Part shown: positions 44,448 to 48,547 of the stretch, one piece after another
Layout: each line of letters starts with the position of its first letter
Position numbering within the stretch: the first letter of the stretch is position 1
From: Verrucomicrobiales bacterium
GTDB taxonomy: Bacteria > Verrucomicrobiota > Verrucomicrobiia > Methylacidiphilales > JAAUTS01
Direction of reading: 5' to 3'
DNA length: 48,547 nucleotides
Assembly: GCA_031265365.1 (NCBI GenBank)
Contig: JAISCS010000109.1
Coordinates: forward strand, 1 to 48,547
Position numbers and translations under genes: made by a program
The notes under the pieces: model-generated
Databases searched by the model: none
What the model was told of the DNA's origin: nothing
What the model saw: only the letters and a program-made list of their open reading frames with translations

Positions 44448-45233
44448 ATGCCGCGCCATGCCGAGTGTCCGTTGCAATTCCTCGCCGGGATGCGTGTGCC
44501 GCTGCGGGTCGGCGTGTGTTGCGAAGTGCACGCGCACGCGGGCATTGAGCTGGTCTATCACGCCACCGGCAGCGGGCGCACGCGGCTGCCCCGGCGCAAA
44601 CTGGAAGTGCCGTTCCAAGAGCAAAGCGTCATCATCTACCGCGCCAATGAGCCGCACGACCAGGTGATGAACAAGGCCGGCGAGGACTGGTGCGTGCAAA
44701 TCGCCGCGCCCGCCGGCCGTGAACTGTTCGCCGCCAGTCATCTCTACGTGCCGCCGCTGACCATGCCGGCGCTGATTGAGGACCTGCGCCTGTTGTCCCA
44801 CGGCTACCCGCGCCTGAGCGGCGCGGAGCGGGTGATTTTCAACCTGCGCGCCACCACGCTGCTGCTCACGTTGCTCAATCTGCACGCCCGCGCCTCCCGC
44901 CGCGAGGCCGCGCCGCCGCCGGAGCAATACGTCTTGAACGCCGAGCAATTCATTCGCGAGCATTGGTCCGGCCTGCAATCCGTGCCGCAAATCGCCGCCC
45001 GCGTCGGCATCAGCGACCATTATCTGCGGCACTTGTTCAAGGCGCGGCGCGGCAAGACTTTGGTGCGCTATTTGAACGAGACCCGCGTGGAACGCGCCAA
45101 GTCGCTGCTCGCGCACTCGCGGCTGCCGCTGAAACAAATCGCCACCCTCAGCGGGTTTAAGGACGAGTATTATTTCTCCGCTGTGTTCCGCGCTCTGGCC
45201 AAGTTGTCACCCGGCCAGTATCGCAGGAAATGA
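44448..45233 (+). CDS. AraC-family transcriptional regulator (cupin-like N-terminus, HTH C-terminus)
   Basis: ..IAARVGISDHYLRHLFKARRGKTLVRYLNETRVERAKSLL..IATLSGFKDEYYFSAVFRALAKLSPGQYR. Divergent from the dehydrogenase-isomerase pair. Confidence 0.9.
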   Translation: MPRHAECPLQFLAGMRVPLRVGVCCEVHAHAGIELVYHATGSGRTRLPRRKLEVPFQEQSVIIYRANEPHDQVMNKAGEDWCVQIAAPAGRELFAASHLYVPPLTMPALIEDLRLLSHGYPRLSGAERVIFNLRATTLLLTLLNLHARASRREAAPPPEQYVLNAEQFIREHWSGLQSVPQIAARVGISDHYLRHLFKARRGKTLVRYLNETRVERAKSLLAHSRLPLKQIATLSGFKDEYYFSAVFRALAKLSPGQYRRK

Positions 45234-45301
45234 GAAATTCTCCTCTCGCAGAGGGGAATATTTTCCTTGCTCCGCCCGCGCGAATGGTTAACATCCCCCG
45301 C

Positions 45302-45724
45302 ATGACCGTCACCCGCCTCGCCCACGCCTGTCTCTATTCCACCGACCTTGACCGCACCGAGCGCTTCTACTGCGGCATCCTCGGACTAACACTCAAATTC
45401 CCCTTCATGAAAGGTGAAACCCGCGTCGGCTTCTATTTGGAAATCAGCGACCGTCAGTTCATCGAAGTCTTCCACCGCGACACTGCCCCCAAAAACCTCG
45501 AACCCGCCATCGGCCACATCTGCCTCGAAACCGACGACATTCAGGCGCTGACGCTGAGGCTGCACGACCATCACATCCCCACCGCCACCCCCGCCCCCGT
45601 CCTCGGTGCCGACGACAGTTGGCAAATCTGGTGTCAGGACCCTGACGGCACCAGCATCGAGTTCCACCAATACACCCCCGCCAGCCGCCAGCACACCGGC
45701 CATCCCTGCCTCGTCAACTGGTAA
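45302..45724 (+). CDS. VOC (glyoxalase/bleomycin-resistance/dioxygenase) family protein
   Basis: ..LAHACLYSTDLDRTERFYCGILGL.. and ..IGHICLETDDIQAL..DPDGTSIEFHQ. Start at ATG 45302. Confidence 0.8.
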   Translation: MTVTRLAHACLYSTDLDRTERFYCGILGLTLKFPFMKGETRVGFYLEISDRQFIEVFHRDTAPKNLEPAIGHICLETDDIQALTLRLHDHHIPTATPAPVLGADDSWQIWCQDPDGTSIEFHQYTPASRQHTGHPCLVNW

Positions 45725-45813
45725 TCATTCTAAAAAAACTCCGCGTCCTCCGTGCCTCTGCGGTGAAAATAGTAAATATCGACATTCCTCTCGCCCGCGT
45801 TATAATCCGCCTC

Positions 45814-46227
45814 ATGGAAAACCGGACGATTTATCAAGCGGTCAAGTCATACTACACTGACATCTGGAATATTAAGGACAAAACCAAAATCCCCGTCCTC
45901 CTGCACCACGACTTTTCCTTCTGCGGCGCCCTCGGCCATCTCTGCGCCGGCCACGACGCCTTTGAAGCCTACGTGGACCGTATGCACGCCGCCCTCGACG
46001 ACTACGAGGCCGAGGTCATTGAACTGGTCGCCCAGGATGACAAAGCCTTCGCCCGTATGCACTATCACGGTTTCCACACTGGCGTTTTCTTCGGCTACCC
46101 GCCCACCGGCAAACTCGTCTCTTGGTCCGGCGCCGTCCTCTTTCATTTCCGCGACGACAAAATCGCCAGCCTCTGGGCCGTCGTGGACGAGCGCGGCCTG
46201 CTGAAATTGCTCGACGCGCAAGCCTGA
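45814..46227 (+). CDS. SnoaL-like / ester-cyclase family protein
   Basis: ..YYTDIWN..DDYEAEVIELVAQDDKAFARMHYHGFHTGVFFGYPPTGKLVSWSGAVLFHFRDDKIASLWAVVD fits the ester cyclase pattern. Start at ATG 45814. Confidence 0.75.
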   Translation: MENRTIYQAVKSYYTDIWNIKDKTKIPVLLHHDFSFCGALGHLCAGHDAFEAYVDRMHAALDDYEAEVIELVAQDDKAFARMHYHGFHTGVFFGYPPTGKLVSWSGAVLFHFRDDKIASLWAVVDERGLLKLLDAQA

Positions 46228-46247
46228 TTCTGTCATTGTCAGCGGCG

Positions 46248-46484
46248 ATGAAATTACTGGGCATTGTCCACCAACTCCACGACACCGACAACCGCGAGCT
46301 GCATTACGCGTACATTAACGCCAACCACATCGCCTACATGAGCAAATTCCATTCCGGCGACATCAAGACCTTGGTGGTCCTCACGACCGGTACCACCTTC
46401 TACTGCACCCAGGACGTGAACGAGCTACAGCGCGAGCTAAGCGTCAAAGGCGACAGCAGCACCTCCAGCCCCTTTTTAATCTAG
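46248..46484 (+). CDS. Small hypothetical protein (78 aa)
   Basis: MKLLGIVHQLHDTDNRELHYAYINANHIAYMSKFHSGDIKTLVVLTTGTTFYCTQDVNELQRELS... The ATG is 20 nt after the upstream stop. No family recognised. Confidence 0.5.
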   Translation: MKLLGIVHQLHDTDNRELHYAYINANHIAYMSKFHSGDIKTLVVLTTGTTFYCTQDVNELQRELSVKGDSSTSSPFLI

Positions 46485-46633
46485 AACTCCCCCTTTCGTG
46501 AAGGGGAAGTTAGTGAGCGGCACCGCCATCCACATCGATGGCGGCCACCAACAGCGGCCTCTCCGGCACGTGGAACATGAACGGCAGCGCCCTCATCAAC
46601 GACGAGGCCGACCTCGGCGCCAGCGGCGTGCAC

Positions 46634-46845
46634 CTATAGCATTGCATTACGCCATTGGCCGAGTACCCCGTCATCCTGAGCGCAGCGCCGTAGGTGCGTA
46701 GTCGAAGGAGCGGTTAGGTGAACATCAGCGGATTAGTCGTCATCAGTCTGTTGGTCCGTGCTGGGCCGCTCCTTCGACTGCACCCCTTCAGGGCTGCGCT
46801 CAGGATGATGGGGTACTCTGTCAATGTGATGAGGAACTGCTATAG
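46634..46845. repeat. Family-B inverted-repeat element, copy 2, bounded by CTATAG on both sides
   Basis: ctatagcattgcattacgccattggccgagtaccccgtcatcctgagcgcagc..gtcgaaggagcgg / ccgctccttcgac..gctgcgctcaggatgatggggtactctgtcaatgtgatgaggaactgctatag. The arms are about 80 nt. Confidence 0.8.
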
Positions 46846-46907
46846 TGGTGAGTGGGGAACTCGCGCACTCTCGAATTAATCCTTTCCCGTCGCGTTCCCG
46901 CGCTAGC

Positions 46908-46962
46908 GATTCCCCTGCCGTGAAGGGGTGGCGGCGCGAGCCGACGGGGTAGTTCAGCGTTA
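46908..46962. repeat. Family-A solo left arm (half element)
   Basis: gattcccctgccgtgaaggggtggcggcgcgagccgacggggtagttcagcgtta. No matching right arm follows. Confidence 0.75.
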
Positions 46963-47031
46963 TAGCGCTGTGGAACCTCCAAACTATTACTTGTCAATCA
47001 CCCCTCCCCTCGGTAAATTCCACTGCTAATC

Positions 47032-47544
47032 ATGTATAACCTTAAAAAATCAATCTTGGCGGGAGTGGTGTTTGGCTTGTTGATTGCCGTGTGGTTAATG
47101 TTGCTGCAACTGACTTGGGCACCGACAGGGTTGTTAACAACTGGCATAATCGCGGGAGTGGGCGGCGGGGTATTGTTTGGCGTGGGGATTTATTGGTTCG
47201 TAACCTCAAAAACCGTCAACCAGCAAACACAAATTCCCCTCGCTGATGGTGAGCCGGTCATCCATTCCGGCGGCGCCAACCATTTCCACAACGGCGAGGC
47301 GGTCGGTGGCAGATTATGGCTGTTGACCGACCGGTTGCAATTTCGCTCGCACCAATTTAATTTGCAAAATCACGAATTAGTAATTCCGCTGGCACAAATC
47401 AAGGAAGTGATTTTCAGCAACACCCTCGGCGTGGTGCCTAATGGGTTGCTAATCGTCGCCACTGCCGGCGCGCGCGAACGGTTTGTCGTGAGCGGACGGC
47501 GCTTGTGGAAAAGCAAGATTGAAGCCTTGCGGCCGTGCCGCTGA
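47032..47544 (+). CDS. Membrane protein with a C-terminal PH/GRAM-like domain
   Basis: Two N-terminal TM helices (ILAGVVFGLLIAVWLMLL, GIIAGVGGGVLFGVGIYWFV), then ..GRLWLLTDRLQFRSHQ..IPLAQIKEV..LLIVATAGARERFVV.. The domain call is from pattern only. GC is lower than in the neighbours. Confidence 0.65.
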   Translation: MYNLKKSILAGVVFGLLIAVWLMLLQLTWAPTGLLTTGIIAGVGGGVLFGVGIYWFVTSKTVNQQTQIPLADGEPVIHSGGANHFHNGEAVGGRLWLLTDRLQFRSHQFNLQNHELVIPLAQIKEVIFSNTLGVVPNGLLIVATAGARERFVVSGRRLWKSKIEALRPCR

Positions 47545-47550
47545 CCTTGG

Positions 47551-47579
47551 CGAACCGGTCAAAATTTTCGACCGGTTCG
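47551..47579 (+). terminator. Stem-loop 3' of the PH/GRAM-like gene
   Basis: cgaaccggtc-aaaattttc-gaccggttcg is a perfect 10-bp stem starting 7 nt after the stop. There is no clear T-tract. Confidence 0.45.
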
Positions 47580-47723
47580 GTCAAACGCAACTACAGTGGA
47601 TTATTTTTCAAAGCATGAAACGCTGACAGTGCGGCAAACGACGTGGTATGTACCTTGGTAGTAAAGACGCGGCATATCACGTCTCTACGGGTAGGAAATG
47701 GAACGTGGTCGTCCCTAACCACA

Positions 47724-47846
47724 AATTCCCCTTCCGTGAAGGGGTGGCGGCGCAAGCCGACGGGGTAGTTCAGCGTTAGGGGGGACTCAGCACAGAACGC
47801 TGAACTACCCCGGCGCTCCGCGCCACCCCTTCACGGAAGGGGAATT
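47724..47846. repeat. Family-A element, core only (short M1 vestige agcgaggaac follows)
   Basis: aattccccttccgtgaaggggtggcggcgcaagccgacggggtagttcagcgtt - centre - aacgctgaactaccccggcgctccgcgccaccccttcacggaaggggaatt. Confidence 0.9.
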
Positions 47847-47910
47847 AGTTATTAGCGAGGAACTAGTTTTGTGGTTTGTCAGATACTTGAAATTATGGCA
47901 CCATCGTGTC

Positions 47911-48547
47911 GTGAAAAAATTATCCCAAGCCAAAATCATCGCCGCGCTGACCGTGGCGTTGTTCACCCACCTCACCGTCAGCGGCGCGTCCGCGCAGAGC
48001 GCTTATGACGGGCGACCATACCAATCCGCTGTGCGTAACCAAAATCCATTCGGCATATGCTGGAGTTTCGCGACGACGGCGGTGATGGAGGCGTCGCTCC
48101 TCAAGCAGGGCATCACCAGCGACAAGGCGTGGCATTTTTCCACGTATGACACGGCTTATTGGGCCACGGTTTATTACCGGGAAGAGTCCCCGGATTTGAA
48201 CAACCCGAACGCGGATTCATGGGGCGGATTGAATAACAATGCCTATCGGTTGAGTTGGCGTGCCGGCGGTTTGGTTGCCGAGAGTGTCACGCCGTATCCG
48301 ACGGCCGGCCAGCGGCCACTGCCAGTGCCGGATGCAAACGCCACCCGCAGCGGGTTCACCGCCCATGATGTTTTTTACACCGACCTGAACGGCACGGCTG
48401 GTCTGCAAATCACCAAGGATTACATCCGGCAATATGGCGCGGTTAGTGTGGATTTTTTATGGAACGATGCCAGTTACGACAAGGACACCTATTCGTTCTA
48501 TGATGCCACCGGCATTGATGACGGCGGTCATGCCGTGACTTTGACCG
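47911..48547 (+). CDS. Secreted papain-like (C1 family) cysteine peptidase; the 3' end lies beyond the window
   Basis: My own translation from GTG 47911: (M)KKLSQAKIIAALTVALFTHLTVSGASAQS..VRNQNPFGICWSFATTAVMEASL (Q..G.CW.F catalytic Cys block) .. DDGGHAVTL (His block). The frame is open to the end of the window and is not in the supplied track because it has no stop. Confidence 0.75.
   Translation, partial: MKKLSQAKIIAALTVALFTHLTVSGASAQSAYDGRPYQSAVRNQNPFGICWSFATTAVMEASLLKQGITSDKAWHFSTYDTAYWATVYYREESPDLNNPNADSWGGLNNNAYRLSWRAGGLVAESVTPYPTAGQRPLPVPDANATRSGFTAHDVFYTDLNGTAGLQITKDYIRQYGAVSVDFLWNDASYDKDTYSFYDATGIDDGGHAVTLT

Noticed and set aside
46498-46701. 67-aa ORF MKGKLVSGTAIHIDGGHQQRP...
   Set aside because: Only the first ~12 residues resemble anything (an SDR C-terminus). 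The rest is Arg/Pro-rich and runs into the family-B repeat. I treat it as a relic, not a gene.

Overview
This is a high-GC bacterial chromosomal segment. By eye the GC content is roughly 60-65%, apart from one low-GC island at about 3.6-5.2 kb. The gene content fits a Verrucomicrobia/Planctomycetes-type genome: exosortase plus a PEP-CTERM remnant, a prepilin-type N-terminal methylation-motif protein, a DUF4388 fusion, and many GC-rich intergenic repeats. That taxonomic placement is inference only.

I can support about 50 CDS:
- An exosortase/EPS sugar module: exosortase, a GDP-mannose 3,5-epimerase-like enzyme and a WecB/TagA/CpsF glycosyltransferase.
- An ADP-heptose module: hldD, hldC and a heptose kinase fused to a HAD domain.
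- An AraR-type regulator next to a three-domain PTS protein, DhaM.
- Housekeeping genes: ptsN, nadK, queE, exbBD, fur, xylA, manC, ribF, truB and nrnA.
- A roughly 7 kb glycerol/dihydroxyacetone cluster: glpK-glpD-oprB-glpF-dhaK-dhaL.
- A small AraC-linked catabolic group.
- A 5'-partial C1 cysteine peptidase gene at the right edge.

RNA genes are tRNA-Ala(CGC), tRNA-Cys(GCA) and a truncated tRNA-Val 5' half. I found no rRNA, CRISPR array, transposase or integrase.

The non-genic DNA is the unusual part. The main signal is a hyper-abundant octamer, CGCTGACG/CGTCAGCG. My hand count gives roughly 78 exact copies, about 1.6 per kb, where base composition predicts only a handful. It occurs on both strands, in several reading frames and in intergenic DNA, which resembles a DNA-uptake-sequence or HIP1-like genome signature. 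There are also at least four interspersed repeat families, including a modular ~230-245 bp MITE-like palindromic element with 8 copies. A ~216 bp nested hairpin element and a 42-bp tandem array carrying a 14-bp perfect palindrome are also present.

All calls come from reading the sequence and recalling protein-family motifs. No database search was run, and the repeat and motif counts are manual and approximate.
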